Positions 1 through 9,511 of a DNA stretch of 64,000 bases are shown here, one piece after another. The stretch's first letter is position 1; every line of letters begins with the position of its first letter. The translations under genes and the position numbers were made by a program. The stretch is from a virus: the IMG/VR virus record IMGVR_UViG_3300029136_000219, positions 56,475 through 120,474 of that record, one strand, 5' to 3'. The notes under the pieces were generated by a model that was given only the letters and a program-made list of their open reading frames with translations, was not told where the DNA came from and did not search any database.

Positions 1-1
1 T

Positions 2-373
2 AAAATTGGAATTAACGATTTAGTTTTTGAGTGTCCTGAAAATGAGTTTTACGATGTAATAAGACACGAATATGCTCACGCTGTTGATGCAGTGAAATAC
101 AAAAACAGAGGACATGGCAAGACTTGGAAACAAATTTGTGAAATTGTCGGCTGTATTCCCTCGGCACATATTTCTAAAAATTCAGAATTGCAAAAGAAAT
201 TTGATAAATACACTATGCAAACTGCAAAATACAAAATTACTTGTTCAAATTGTGGTCAAGTATATTACTATCAAAGAAAAAGTTCTGTTGTAAATGATTA
301 TTATGCAGGAAAAAAACTTATATGTCCTGTGTGTCACAAAAAATTTTCAATTAACACAAACGAGAAAAAATAA
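2..373 (+). CDS. SprT-like zinc metallopeptidase domain protein (5-prime partial)
   Basis: Open frame from the window edge. HEYAH (HExxH) motif, then a C-terminal CxxC...CxxC zinc ribbon (CSNCG...CPVCH). Confidence 0.6.
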   Translation, partial: KIGINDLVFECPENEFYDVIRHEYAHAVDAVKYKNRGHGKTWKQICEIVGCIPSAHISKNSELQKKFDKYTMQTAKYKITCSNCGQVYYYQRKSSVVNDYYAGKKLICPVCHKKFSINTNEKK

Positions 374-394
374 AAAATTTAAGGAGAATTATAC

Positions 395-1030
395 ATGGCG
401 TATTATGCTGTAAAAGTTGGCAGAAATCCCGGCGTTTATGAAACTTGGGATGAATGCAATTCACAAGTAAATGGTTTTCCAAAAGCAATATATAAGAAAT
501 TTTCTACTTTAGAGTTAGAGGAAGCTGAAATATTTGCTGACGTGAAAAACAAATCTTCTGCCAAAAAAGATAAAACAGAAAAGAAAAAATCAAAAAACAG
601 TAAAGTCTCTGCTGAAGAAAGAGCAATTGCTTATACAGACGGCTCCGCAATCGGTAATCATGTGATTGAATGTGGCTCAGGTGCAATTATTATTTGGAAA
701 GATAATGTTGTTAAAATCTGTTCTAAGCTTTCAGGACCTATTGTTACATCAAAAAATGTAACAGGTGAGATTTATGCTGCAATGTCGGCTATGAGTTTTG
801 CAGTACAAAATAACATCAAAGAGGTTGTTATTTATCACGACTATGAGGGAATAGCAAAATGGTGTACAGGTGAGTGGGAAGCTAACAAGCAAGTAACTCA
901 TCGGTACAGGGAATTCTTTGATTTCTGTTCGGGCAAAACAAACATTAAATTCAAGAAAGTCAAAGCTCATTCAGGAGATGTTTATAATGAGATGGCTGAT
1001 GAATTGGCTAAAAAAAGTATTAATTTGTAA
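395..1030 (+). CDS. rnhA: Ribonuclease H1 with N-terminal hybrid-binding (caulimovirus-VI-like) domain
   Basis: AGGAG RBS. N-terminal MAYYAVKVGRNPGVYETWDEC...FSTLEEAE module. RNase H core motifs TDGSA...E...D...HSGDxxNExADxLA. Confidence 0.75.
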   Translation: MAYYAVKVGRNPGVYETWDECNSQVNGFPKAIYKKFSTLELEEAEIFADVKNKSSAKKDKTEKKKSKNSKVSAEERAIAYTDGSAIGNHVIECGSGAIIIWKDNVVKICSKLSGPIVTSKNVTGEIYAAMSAMSFAVQNNIKEVVIYHDYEGIAKWCTGEWEANKQVTHRYREFFDFCSGKTNIKFKKVKAHSGDVYNEMADELAKKSINL

Positions 1031-1047
1031 GAAAGGAATTTTAATTT

Positions 1048-1584
1048 ATGCAAAATAAAATTACATACGAATCAATAATCAATAAAAAGGATATTGAATT
1101 TATAGTGACACAAAAGGTATTTATGGATCCGATACTTTGGATTTCAAGGCTTGTATTTGCTTTAGGTGGTATAGGTTTGATGTTATTCTCAGTATTTGGT
1201 TATATGAAAGATAAAGTTAATCTTCCTCTTGCTCTTGTGTTAGGTATTATCGGTTTTTATCTTCTTATTATTGACCCATTCCTCAATCATAAAATTAAGG
1301 TTAACGCTCAGTCTAAAAATAAAATGAACAATTTTCCACATTATATAGAGGTTGATAATGATTCAATTGATATGGTAATTAAGGACAATTCAAGAAAGCC
1401 TTTGACATATAGATATAAACTCAAAAGAATTGATGTTGCTTTTGAAAAAAATAATAATATTTATATGCACTTGGCAAACAGCAAAATGTTTTTTGTTTTT
1501 CATAATGATGAATTTATTTCAGGTAATATTGATGAACTAAAAAAGATTTTAAATTCTAAAAATATTAAACTTATTTCTAAATAA
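1048..1584 (+). CDS. membrane protein (two TM helices), unknown function
   Basis: RBS AGGAA. Hydrophobic segments. 178-aa ORF. Confidence 0.55.
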   Translation: MQNKITYESIINKKDIEFIVTQKVFMDPILWISRLVFALGGIGLMLFSVFGYMKDKVNLPLALVLGIIGFYLLIIDPFLNHKIKVNAQSKNKMNNFPHYIEVDNDSIDMVIKDNSRKPLTYRYKLKRIDVAFEKNNNIYMHLANSKMFFVFHNDEFISGNIDELKKILNSKNIKLISK

Positions 1585-1585
1585 T

Positions 1586-1617
1586 ACTAAAAAGTCACCT
1601 TTTGGTGGCTTTTTTTA
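1586..1617 (+). terminator. rho-independent terminator
   Basis: GTCACCttttGGTGGC stem followed by a T run. Confidence 0.6.
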
Positions 1618-1632
1618 TTTTTTAAAATACAA

Positions 1633-1703
1633 TTTTGTTAATATTTTGCGAACTTTATGGAAAATTACAAATTTTTCATAAATATTTGCGATTTATATAT
1701 TGG
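1633..1703 (+). promoter_or_regulatory. conserved promoter-like cassette (copy identical to 38149-38216)
   Basis: TTTTGCGAAC...ATATTTGCGATTTATATATTG. Same 68-bp sequence recurs at 38.15 kb, and the family recurs at least 10 times. Confidence 0.5.
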
Positions 1704-1717
1704 GTGGTGAAAAAAAT

Positions 1718-1894
1718 ATGTTTTTTGAGATTATTAACAACGAAAAAAGAACAGTTTTTACAACTGATGATAAGAAGTGTATTCCGATGATTGGAATTTT
1801 AAAACTTCAAAATAAAAATGGTTATAAATTCAAATTGGATGGTAAAAATATTTCATTAAATAACCTAATTAATTATGTAAATGAGGAGGAATAA
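1718..1894 (+). CDS. hypothetical protein
   Basis: ATG 8 nt after a GGGTGGTGA RBS. In frame with the track ORF 1700-1894. Confidence 0.5.
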   Translation: MFFEIINNEKRTVFTTDDKKCIPMIGILKLQNKNGYKFKLDGKNISLNNLINYVNEEE

Positions 1895-1896
1895 CA

Positions 1897-2217
1897 TTGG
1901 ATTACAAGAGTAAATGCAATACCAAAGAAGAACTTGCAGTATTAGAGTTAATCAGAGAAGACCAATATATTACTTCTACTGAAATAAGTCTGCACACAAG
2001 GTTGGGTACACAGCAAATAAGAGAACAGATTAATCATATGAGAACTAACGGTATTCCTATCGTTGCTTGTAATAAAGGTTATAGACTAACTGATAGTGCT
2101 CAAGATGTATCTGACCAAATAGAATCACTGCTTGGCAGAATTAACAGCATATATAATGCAATAGATGGCTTGGAAAAAGCCAAAATCATTTTAAAGGAGA
2201 ATAATACGAATGGGTAA
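1897..2217 (+). CDS. putative winged-helix DNA-binding protein
   Basis: TTG start after GAGGAGGA. Predicted HTH segment (ITSTEISLHTRLGTQQIREQINHMR). Confidence 0.5.
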   Translation: MDYKSKCNTKEELAVLELIREDQYITSTEISLHTRLGTQQIREQINHMRTNGIPIVACNKGYRLTDSAQDVSDQIESLLGRINSIYNAIDGLEKAKIILKENNTNG

Positions 2218-2551
2218 TGAAAACGTTTTAAATGACATTTTAGACGGTAAGAAGGTAAAGGTTGACAGAAAGACCAAAAAGGCTGCAAAAAAGCTTGTAA
2301 AAAATAATTTAGGCGGTATCACTTCTCTTGTGAAGGATCTATCTAATTCCGAATTATCGGATGCTGAAATGCAAAATAAATTTAATGACTTTATGTTTGG
2401 TATGTTGGGTTCACTAAAAAAAGACGATACCAATGGTGCTGATGAAGTATCTGAATTTATACCAGATAAAGAAAATAACAGTGATGGTTCAGAGAATGTT
2501 GAATTATCGGAAATGGTAGGTGAAGTTCTTGAAGAAGTCAGCAAGAATTAA
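2210..2551 (+). CDS. acidic hypothetical protein
   Basis: RBS AAGGAGA. D/E-rich 113-aa ORF. Confidence 0.55.
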   Translation: MGNENVLNDILDGKKVKVDRKTKKAAKKLVKNNLGGITSLVKDLSNSELSDAEMQNKFNDFMFGMLGSLKKDDTNGADEVSEFIPDKENNSDGSENVELSEMVGEVLEEVSKN

Positions 2552-3605
2552 TTACGCCACACCAATTGTAGCACTGATATTACTTGTCGTAATAGGCTTA
2601 TTTACTTATTTTGTGTCTTACAATGTAAATATACATAATTATACTTTTACCTTTGATAAAGCATCTTACGAGTACACAGGGCAACAAATAAAGCCTAAGT
2701 TTGTTGCAAAAACAAAAGCCGGTATAAAAATCAATATGGAAAATTACACTGTTGACTACATTGATAATACAGAAGTAGGCACAGGTACGGTAACACTTAC
2801 TAATAAGAACAAACTCTTTGCTATTGGTAAAGCAAAAGGACAATTTAAAATTGTGCCTGCTGCAATTAAAAACACACGAATCACTTCATCAAAAGCATAT
2901 CCAAACGGTAAATATAAATTTGATATTGAATATAACGGAATGAAACTTGAAGAAGGTAAAGATTATGCTGTGAATTTCAACAAAGATACATTAACACCGG
3001 GTGATATTAATATTTTCGAACTTAAAGGTATCGGAAAACATTATCAATCAACTACTAAGGTAAATGTTTTAACAGCACCAAATACGATTAATAAAACAGA
3101 TTTGATTGTATCTACATCATCAACAATTTCTATTCAATGGGATAAAGATAACAATAATGTCAAGTATGATATTTTTAGATGTAATCAAAGTGGTAATGAT
3201 GCTTATTTAATAAGTACGGTTGATAAAAATACGTACACATTTAAAGAATTGCCTCATTCAACATACATTTACTATTATATCAGACCATTTATTGAATTAA
3301 ACGGACAAAAACTCTATGCAGAAGGCAAAAAGGTACTTTCGCAACATACCACTGCACCGGAGATAATTATAAAAGGCGTTAGCCGAAGTGGTAGTACAGT
3401 CTCGATATATTGGAAAGCAGAAAATTGCAAGTTATATGAAGTTCAGTATTCAAATGATAAAAGTTTTTCAAATGCAAGAACTGTAACAGCTACTAAAAAC
3501 AATATTACAATGAAAAATATGTCTAATCCTTGTTATGTAAGGGTTAAATGTGTAACAAACGATTCAAAAATTATTGGCTATTGGAGCCAAGCACAAAAAG
3601 TATAA
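2529..3605 (+). CDS. membrane-anchored protein with FN3/Ig-like repeats
   Basis: Likely TTG start after AGGTGA. The track start (GTG at 2520) overlaps the upstream gene. N-terminal signal anchor. FN3-like segments. Confidence 0.55.
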   Translation: MKKSARINYATPIVALILLVVIGLFTYFVSYNVNIHNYTFTFDKASYEYTGQQIKPKFVAKTKAGIKINMENYTVDYIDNTEVGTGTVTLTNKNKLFAIGKAKGQFKIVPAAIKNTRITSSKAYPNGKYKFDIEYNGMKLEEGKDYAVNFNKDTLTPGDINIFELKGIGKHYQSTTKVNVLTAPNTINKTDLIVSTSSTISIQWDKDNNNVKYDIFRCNQSGNDAYLISTVDKNTYTFKELPHSTYIYYYIRPFIELNGQKLYAEGKKVLSQHTTAPEIIIKGVSRSGSTVSIYWKAENCKLYEVQYSNDKSFSNARTVTATKNNITMKNMSNPCYVRVKCVTNDSKIIGYWSQAQKV

Positions 3606-3619
3606 GGAGAATAAATATT

Positions 3620-3898
3620 ATGGAAATTCCAAACGTAAATGAAAGAATCTTACTTTCACAAATTGAACCGGAAACAATGACAGAATGCGCAATGTATTGC
3701 AAAGAAGGAAGAATAGCCAGTTGCTTAGCACTTGAAGAACTGGTATGCAAAAAGAAATTCTGTCCTTTCTTTAAACGCAATATGAATGACAAGTCAATGA
3801 GCGTTAAAGAACAGAAAAGATACTTACTTGGCAAAAAGCTACAAACACAGGCAAATGCTAATAACGCAGTTGGTAATCAATCTTCGTTGTTCAAGTAA
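3620..3898 (+). CDS. Cys-rich small protein
   Basis: ATG after AAGGAGA. Multiple Cys residues. Confidence 0.55.
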   Translation: MEIPNVNERILLSQIEPETMTECAMYCKEGRIASCLALEELVCKKKFCPFFKRNMNDKSMSVKEQKRYLLGKKLQTQANANNAVGNQSSLFK

Positions 3899-3905
3899 AA
3901 AATAT

Positions 3906-3931
3906 AAGGCAGAATTACCTACTCTGCCTTA
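3906..3931 (+). terminator. hairpin terminator
   Basis: AAGGCAGAattacctaCTCTGCCTT stem. Confidence 0.5.
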
Positions 3932-3964
3932 TTACTTTAATATTATGTATGTGTGAGGAAAATT

Positions 3965-4426
3965 ATGATAGATATATTATTTAAAGGAAAGACAACTGAT
4001 ACAAAAAGATGGATATATGGTTCTCTTGTTGTAGCAATCGTACATCAATGTAAACATTATTATATTACTTCCGGCAGAACCAACATTAATGACGGTAATA
4101 TTGATTTTGAAAAATTTGAGGTTATTCCTGAAACTGTAAGTCAGTTTACCGGTAAATATATTAATAACACTCGAATCTTTGATGGAGACATTTTAGAGTG
4201 GCGTGATGATAGTTGGGGAATCGCAAATGCTGCTGTAACAAGGACTGTTGTATCTTGGGATGAAAATAACTGCCGTTGGATACTAAAACATGACGGTAAG
4301 GACGAATGCATTTGCACATTCACTGAATATGATAAATCTGAGTGGGAAAATATGAATTTAATCGGAAATATTTATGATAACCCGGAATTGTTATTGGATT
4401 ATAACAAACAGGTTACTACCGTTTAA
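3965..4426 (+). CDS. YopX family protein (paralog 1)
   Basis: C-terminal IGNIYDNPELL signature of phage YopX. An alternative GTG start at 3953 is possible. Confidence 0.7.
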   Translation: MIDILFKGKTTDTKRWIYGSLVVAIVHQCKHYYITSGRTNINDGNIDFEKFEVIPETVSQFTGKYINNTRIFDGDILEWRDDSWGIANAAVTRTVVSWDENNCRWILKHDGKDECICTFTEYDKSEWENMNLIGNIYDNPELLLDYNKQVTTV

Positions 4427-4438
4427 GGAGGCAATAAT

Positions 4439-4615
4439 TTGGAAAAATGGTATTACGAAATTATAGATTCAACTAATAACGAAACAGTATTCTATGTATC
4501 TATTGATTTACCTATCAAGGAAGAAAAGGTGTGTAGTATTCTTGGTTTAGACGGTTTTCAAGCAAAAATGATATCAAAAGATGAATATGAAAAAAATACT
4601 GACGATGAAACTTAA
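4439..4615 (+). CDS. small hypothetical protein (58 aa, TTG start)
   Basis: TAAGGAGG, 7-nt spacer, then TTG. Not in the track because it is under 60 aa. Confidence 0.35.
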   Translation: MEKWYYEIIDSTNNETVFYVSIDLPIKEEKVCSILGLDGFQAKMISKDEYEKNTDDET

Positions 4616-4652
4616 AAATTGTTGATAATTTAAAAATTAAGGAGGAAACGAT

Positions 4653-5156
4653 ATGAGAGTACATTTATATAGAGGTAAACCTCTTCGTAAAGAAGACTAT
4701 ATACTCAAAAAAAATATGCAATATAGTGTTGGATACTTTAAAGACGGATTTGTCTATGGTTCTTTGATTGTAAAACATGATAAATACTTTATCTGTGTAG
4801 GCGTTGCAGGAATTTTATTAAACAGTTTAGTAAACAATGCAACGGCAACTCTGATTGAAGTAATACCTGAAACAGTCGGCGAATATACAAATTTGATCGA
4901 TAAGAACGGCAAAAAGATATTTGAGGGCGATATATTAAAGCCAGATTATGATAACAACTCTTATTATAGAGTTGCTTGGGATAGTGGCAAATTACACTTA
5001 AACATAGAAGAATATTGTTTTAATGATTCTGAGGGAAAAGCTTTATGGTCGTGGTGTGAAAATATAGCAGACTATCAAATTAACGGTTGTGTAGATAATT
5101 GTGAAATTATCGGCAACATATACGATAACCCCGAATTGTTGGAGGTAGACGAATGA
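4653..5156 (+). CDS. YopX family protein (paralog 2)
   Basis: AAGGAGG RBS. C-terminal IIGNIYDNPELL. Confidence 0.75.
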   Translation: MRVHLYRGKPLRKEDYILKKNMQYSVGYFKDGFVYGSLIVKHDKYFICVGVAGILLNSLVNNATATLIEVIPETVGEYTNLIDKNGKKIFEGDILKPDYDNNSYYRVAWDSGKLHLNIEEYCFNDSEGKALWSWCENIADYQINGCVDNCEIIGNIYDNPELLEVDE

Positions 5157-5500
5157 AAGCGTGGGAAGTGAAAAACAAATACGAAGGCTTTAATGCTGAA
5201 ATCGTTTTTGCAACAACAGCAGGTAAAGCTAAAACACTTGCTTTAAGTATAAGTGAAGATAATTTTGATGATAGTAACTTCTGTGATCTTGAAGCTCACA
5301 GAGCACCGGCACTTGACAAATATTATAAGTCGGGCAAAACACACATGGATTGGTGTGAACCAAATGACAGGCTTGTGCTTGTTAAGGAATATGATTATTA
5401 CTGTAGTGATGATTGTTTTAGCGTAAAAGAATGCTACAAGTGTATAGCAAACAAATATTGTCAAAGATACAAAGATTATGTAGAAAGGAATAAGGAATAA
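5153..5500 (+). CDS. hypothetical protein
   Basis: Overlaps the upstream stop codon (ATGA). Cys-rich C-terminus. Confidence 0.6.
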   Translation: MKAWEVKNKYEGFNAEIVFATTAGKAKTLALSISEDNFDDSNFCDLEAHRAPALDKYYKSGKTHMDWCEPNDRLVLVKEYDYYCSDDCFSVKECYKCIANKYCQRYKDYVERNKE

Positions 5501-5501
5501 T

Positions 5502-6272
5502 ATGGATGTGGAAATAGCTGAGAAATGCTTTGAAAACCATAAGGCAACATTAACTGATTACGGAAATATTAAAATTTTGGATTTTAAAAACCCAAAATCT
5601 TCTGAATACAGAATAAGATTTCTTTTTGAAGAAGATTATTGCAGACTACATATATCAGGTGATTTAGGTGAACTGATTGCTACTAATTATTACAATATGA
5701 CTTACGAAAAATTTAATGATATGGTAAGAGATGTAGGCTACTTTGAAGGAAAGATAAATTGCCACAGCAGACCTCTTTACATTTATGATGAAGATGCTGT
5801 AAAAGAAGATGTCCTTGAACTTATAAAGGAAAAGTATGGGCTTGAAGAATTAATAGAAGATTATAGAAATTATGATTTTTATTCTAAAGAAGAAGTTTTG
5901 GAAGAATTTTACAATGATATTTTTTCTGATTTTTCTGATGCAACCGGTATAAGTTCTGAAGCTCGTAAAATCTTAGCAAAGTACATTGGTGAGTATGATG
6001 CCTATTCAGACGATATAGGTAAAAGAAAAACAGATATACTTGATTGGTATATGTTTGCTTTTCAGTTGGCACAAAAACAATTAAATGATGACAATGCAGA
6101 AATTAAAACATATCCGGCAGTTGATACAGTAAAACATGCTTATTGGATTGATGTTACCACAGAAGACGATGACGAACCACTTTTCAAATGTTCTAATTGC
6201 GGTAACAAGGGCGGACAATGGAATTATAACTGTGATTATTGCCCTGACTGTGGTTACAAAATGAAAAAGTAA
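5502..6272 (+). CDS. hypothetical protein with C-terminal zinc ribbon
   Basis: CSNCG...CDYCPDCG near the C-terminus. Confidence 0.6.
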   Translation: MDVEIAEKCFENHKATLTDYGNIKILDFKNPKSSEYRIRFLFEEDYCRLHISGDLGELIATNYYNMTYEKFNDMVRDVGYFEGKINCHSRPLYIYDEDAVKEDVLELIKEKYGLEELIEDYRNYDFYSKEEVLEEFYNDIFSDFSDATGISSEARKILAKYIGEYDAYSDDIGKRKTDILDWYMFAFQLAQKQLNDDNAEIKTYPAVDTVKHAYWIDVTTEDDDEPLFKCSNCGNKGGQWNYNCDYCPDCGYKMKK

Positions 6273-6287
6273 AGGAGAATAACAACG

Positions 6288-7283
6288 TTGAGTAAAGATT
6301 ATTATATTTACAAAGCATTAGAAAGGCATAACAGATTTGCAACAGAAATTGTTAATAATCCTCAAAATATTATTGGCTGTTTTCTTATTGGTAGTCAAAA
6401 CTACCATTTAAGTGATAAAGAGTCAGATGTCGATACGGTTGTTTTAGTTGCACCAACACTCAAAGAAATTACTACTAACAAAAAGCCGATAAGCAAGACA
6501 TATATTCAACCTAACGGTGAACATACCACAATTAAGGATATTCGTCTTTTTGTTGAAGGTGTTAAAAAGGGCAGATTGGAATGCCTTGAAATTTTACATA
6601 CTGTTTACTTTATAATCAATGAAAATTGGCGTAATCATTTTGCCTTTAATTATTTTTTCTTTTATTTTATTAAACAAAACAAAGAAAAAATTGCTCGTCT
6701 TAATGAGAGGGCAGTAATTCAAGCTGCAACCGGAATGATTAAAAGTTGTAATCGTAAAAATGCAAAGCCTAAAGATCTTTACCATTCTATGAGATTAAAA
6801 AGTTTCTTGCAAAAATATATGAATAAAGAACCTTATGAGGTATGCCTTGTTGGTGAACCTGATATGATTACTTGTAAAAGAAAGTCAAATTTAACAAATA
6901 ATGATTTAGTAATTCTTCAAAACAATGCAAAAATGGCTCAGGAAATATTAAACAATTTAGACGATTGTGAATATTCCTTAACAGATGAAGAAAAAAGTGA
7001 AATAAAAAAAGAACTTGATGCTTTTGCAATGAATTTTGTTGAATTTGGCTTAATAGGCAAAAATGAAAAAATTTTTAACATACCCAAAAAAACTATAACA
7101 AAAAATATTGTTTGCGGTGATATGAATTACAAAAGATTCTATTGCCCTAATTGTAAGAAACTTATAGTAACAAAGGTTAGTGATAATTTTAATGAAGATT
7201 TTATCGGAGAAAATGGTTTTGTTATAAAAGAATTACAAAGTTATTGTGGCAACTGTGGTCAGCATTTAGATTGGAATGATTGA
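6288..7283 (+). CDS. Pol-beta superfamily nucleotidyltransferase with C-terminal zinc ribbon
   Basis: TTG start after AAGGAGA. GS-x9-SDVD motif (GSQNYHLSDKESDVD). CPNC...CGNC at the C-terminus. Confidence 0.6.
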   Translation: MSKDYYIYKALERHNRFATEIVNNPQNIIGCFLIGSQNYHLSDKESDVDTVVLVAPTLKEITTNKKPISKTYIQPNGEHTTIKDIRLFVEGVKKGRLECLEILHTVYFIINENWRNHFAFNYFFFYFIKQNKEKIARLNERAVIQAATGMIKSCNRKNAKPKDLYHSMRLKSFLQKYMNKEPYEVCLVGEPDMITCKRKSNLTNNDLVILQNNAKMAQEILNNLDDCEYSLTDEEKSEIKKELDAFAMNFVEFGLIGKNEKIFNIPKKTITKNIVCGDMNYKRFYCPNCKKLIVTKVSDNFNEDFIGENGFVIKELQSYCGNCGQHLDWND

Positions 7284-7471
7284 GAGGTGAAAATATTATG
7301 CTTGGTGTTCTTTTACTGATATTTTTATCAATATTTTTGGTTGTTATTTTACTAATAAGTTTAGTGAATTTTGTTTTTTATAATAACGATTCTATAAAAT
7401 TTGAAAACAAAGTTGAAAATTCAAATATAAAAAACATTGATTTTAAGTACAGAAATGTTTTTAAAAAATAA
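7280..7471 (+). CDS. small membrane protein
   Basis: Overlapping start. Two hydrophobic helices. Confidence 0.45.
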   Translation: MRGENIMLGVLLLIFLSIFLVVILLISLVNFVFYNNDSIKFENKVENSNIKNIDFKYRNVFKK

Positions 7472-7483
7472 GAGGCGATAATA

Positions 7484-7990
7484 TTGCAATCCATATTAGT
7501 TAATGTGAAATCCTTGGAAGCTAATTCTATTTGTGAAAAGAAAAATAATTTTATTGAAAGAAAAAGTCAACCAAAATTAGAGCCACCGTTCACTTGTTAT
7601 TTGTACTGTGGTAAAGCAAAAACAAAAAAAGATATAGTGAGCTTTTGTTACTATACCAAAGATGATTTTATTCTTTTTGATAATATTATTAATGGTAGAG
7701 TTTTTGGCAAATTTACCTGCGATTACATTCAAAAAGAAAAAGATTGTCAGAGAAATGATAAATCAGTATATTTTTGGCATATTAGCAACTTGATAATTTA
7801 CAGACAATCTATTGAATTAAATGCATTTCTGTTTCCTAAATGGAATGAAAAAAGACCTTGTGATTATGGTTATTGTGAATTTGAAAATAAATGTTTGAAG
7901 AAGGGTATTTATTATGACAATTGCCCGAAAACAAAATTAAATAAAGCACCGGTATCATGGCGCTATGTAAATAAGGGGAGTTTATTTTGA
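7484..7990 (+). CDS. Cys-rich hypothetical protein
   Basis: TTG start after AAGAGGCGA. 168 aa. Confidence 0.5.
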   Translation: MQSILVNVKSLEANSICEKKNNFIERKSQPKLEPPFTCYLYCGKAKTKKDIVSFCYYTKDDFILFDNIINGRVFGKFTCDYIQKEKDCQRNDKSVYFWHISNLIIYRQSIELNAFLFPKWNEKRPCDYGYCEFENKCLKKGIYYDNCPKTKLNKAPVSWRYVNKGSLF

Positions 7991-8074
7991 TTTTTATAGA
8001 AAAAGGTATTTCTTACTCGTGAAGAAGCAAAAAAATATAAAATCGTATAAATAAATTAAGGTTCGAAAAGTGAA

Positions 8075-9499
8075 GTGAAATACATGAAATATATAACTGA
8101 AATGTTTTTATATATAAATTATTTTAAGAAAAAATTTAATATAAAAACGCAAACCTTTAATCCGTATTATACTGCAATAGAAGGCGTGAAAAAATATTGT
8201 GAAGACAATGATGTGAATTTAGATAACAGAAACGAAATTGAGGATTACATTATTTCTCTGAATGTTCCGAACATTAAAATCAATATATTCAATCTTTTGT
8301 ATCCAAATGTTAAGCACAATGTTACTGACGAAAGAGTTCAAAAATGTGATTTATCTATGTTGTCGGATTCAATTTTATTGAAATATCTTTTTATAATTTT
8401 TTCTACAATAAATTTTGTTTATAAAGATAATCTAATAGGTCTTAAATACAATGCTGTTATATGGACGACAGGATTTCATAATCTTGCAAAACTCTGCAGA
8501 GGAAAAGTAATAGATATTGAAACAATGACAATAGTTTCATATCCCTTTGATAAATTCTTTAATGTAAACGAAGTGTCGGAAACAAAAGAGGATATTATTA
8601 AAAAACTCGTGAGTGAAAGCACTTATGTATATACAACCGACAAAAAAGATGGTTCTACTATTATAGTTTCACTTTATAAGAACAAACCTCTCATCACTAC
8701 AAATGGCTCTTTTGAAAATGACCAGATTGTATTGGCAGAACAACTTCTAAAAAAGAAATATCCAAAATTTTTAAAGGAAATAAAGGAAGGATATACTTAT
8801 ATCTTTGAACTTATACATCCTGAAAACAGAATAGTAATAAATTACGGTAATGAAAAATCACTTTATTTACTTGCCGTAAGAGACTTAAGAACAGAAAAAC
8901 TTCTTTCACTTGATGAAACTCATATCATTGCAAATGATTTTGACTTTCCTGTTCCTCAAACATTTTCTTTTAAAAATCTTTCTGATATTCTTTATCTTGC
9001 TCATACAGAAAGAAATACTAACCGTGAAGGATGGGTACTTCGTATAGGACAAAAAGATGGTGGAGAATTTATGCTCAAAATAAAATTAGATGAATACTTT
9101 GAACTTCACTCGGCTTTTAGTAAAATTACCCTTACATTTGTATATCGGCATTTACTTGCGAATGACCTTGATGATATTATCAGCATTGTCTCCGAAAATC
9201 AACAAAAAGAAATAAAGGAATATATTAAAGAAATTGAAAATATCAGAGAAAAAATAAAAGAAAATTCTGAAAATTTAACCGAAAATATTTGCAAAAAATT
9301 TGCAACTTCTTTGATAGTTGCAAGAACCGACAGAGAACTTACTGTCAAAATTATAAGTGAAATTATAAAAGAAGAAAGTTTGTACGGAAGTTTTGCTATT
9401 GAATATTTGAAATACGGAGATAGTGTTGAGGATAAAATACGGAAAATCCCTACGAAAATATTCAAGAAATTTGTTGAGGTTTTGAACGAAAAGGTTTGA
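8075..9499 (+). CDS. ATP-dependent RNA ligase-like nucleotidyltransferase (Rnl family)
   Basis: Motif I KxDG (TDKKDGSTI). EGWVLR (motif IV) and FMLKIK (motif V), typical of covalent nucleotidyltransferases and RNA ligases. Confidence 0.6.
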   Translation: MKYMKYITEMFLYINYFKKKFNIKTQTFNPYYTAIEGVKKYCEDNDVNLDNRNEIEDYIISLNVPNIKINIFNLLYPNVKHNVTDERVQKCDLSMLSDSILLKYLFIIFSTINFVYKDNLIGLKYNAVIWTTGFHNLAKLCRGKVIDIETMTIVSYPFDKFFNVNEVSETKEDIIKKLVSESTYVYTTDKKDGSTIIVSLYKNKPLITTNGSFENDQIVLAEQLLKKKYPKFLKEIKEGYTYIFELIHPENRIVINYGNEKSLYLLAVRDLRTEKLLSLDETHIIANDFDFPVPQTFSFKNLSDILYLAHTERNTNREGWVLRIGQKDGGEFMLKIKLDEYFELHSAFSKITLTFVYRHLLANDLDDIISIVSENQQKEIKEYIKEIENIREKIKENSENLTENICKKFATSLIVARTDRELTVKIISEIIKEESLYGSFAIEYLKYGDSVEDKIRKIPTKIFKKFVEVLNEKV

Positions 9500-9511
9500 A
9501 AATAAGGAGAT

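Noticed and set aside
504-970. Minus-strand ORFs 504-686 and 749-970 inside the RNase H gene
   Set aside because: Fully nested antisense to a well-supported + strand gene. Low-complexity and hydrophobic translations typical of AT-rich antisense frames. No RBS.
2520-2528. GTG start at 2520 for the FN3 membrane protein (track start)
   Set aside because: It overlaps the upstream gene by 32 nt without an RBS. TTG at 2529 sits 5 nt after AGGTGA and gives a K/R-rich N-region plus TM helix.
2100-2843. Minus-strand ORFs 2100-2288, 2191-2544, 2598-2843
   Set aside because: Antisense to + strand genes with RBS and coupling. Serine- and Phe-rich translations typical of reversed frames.
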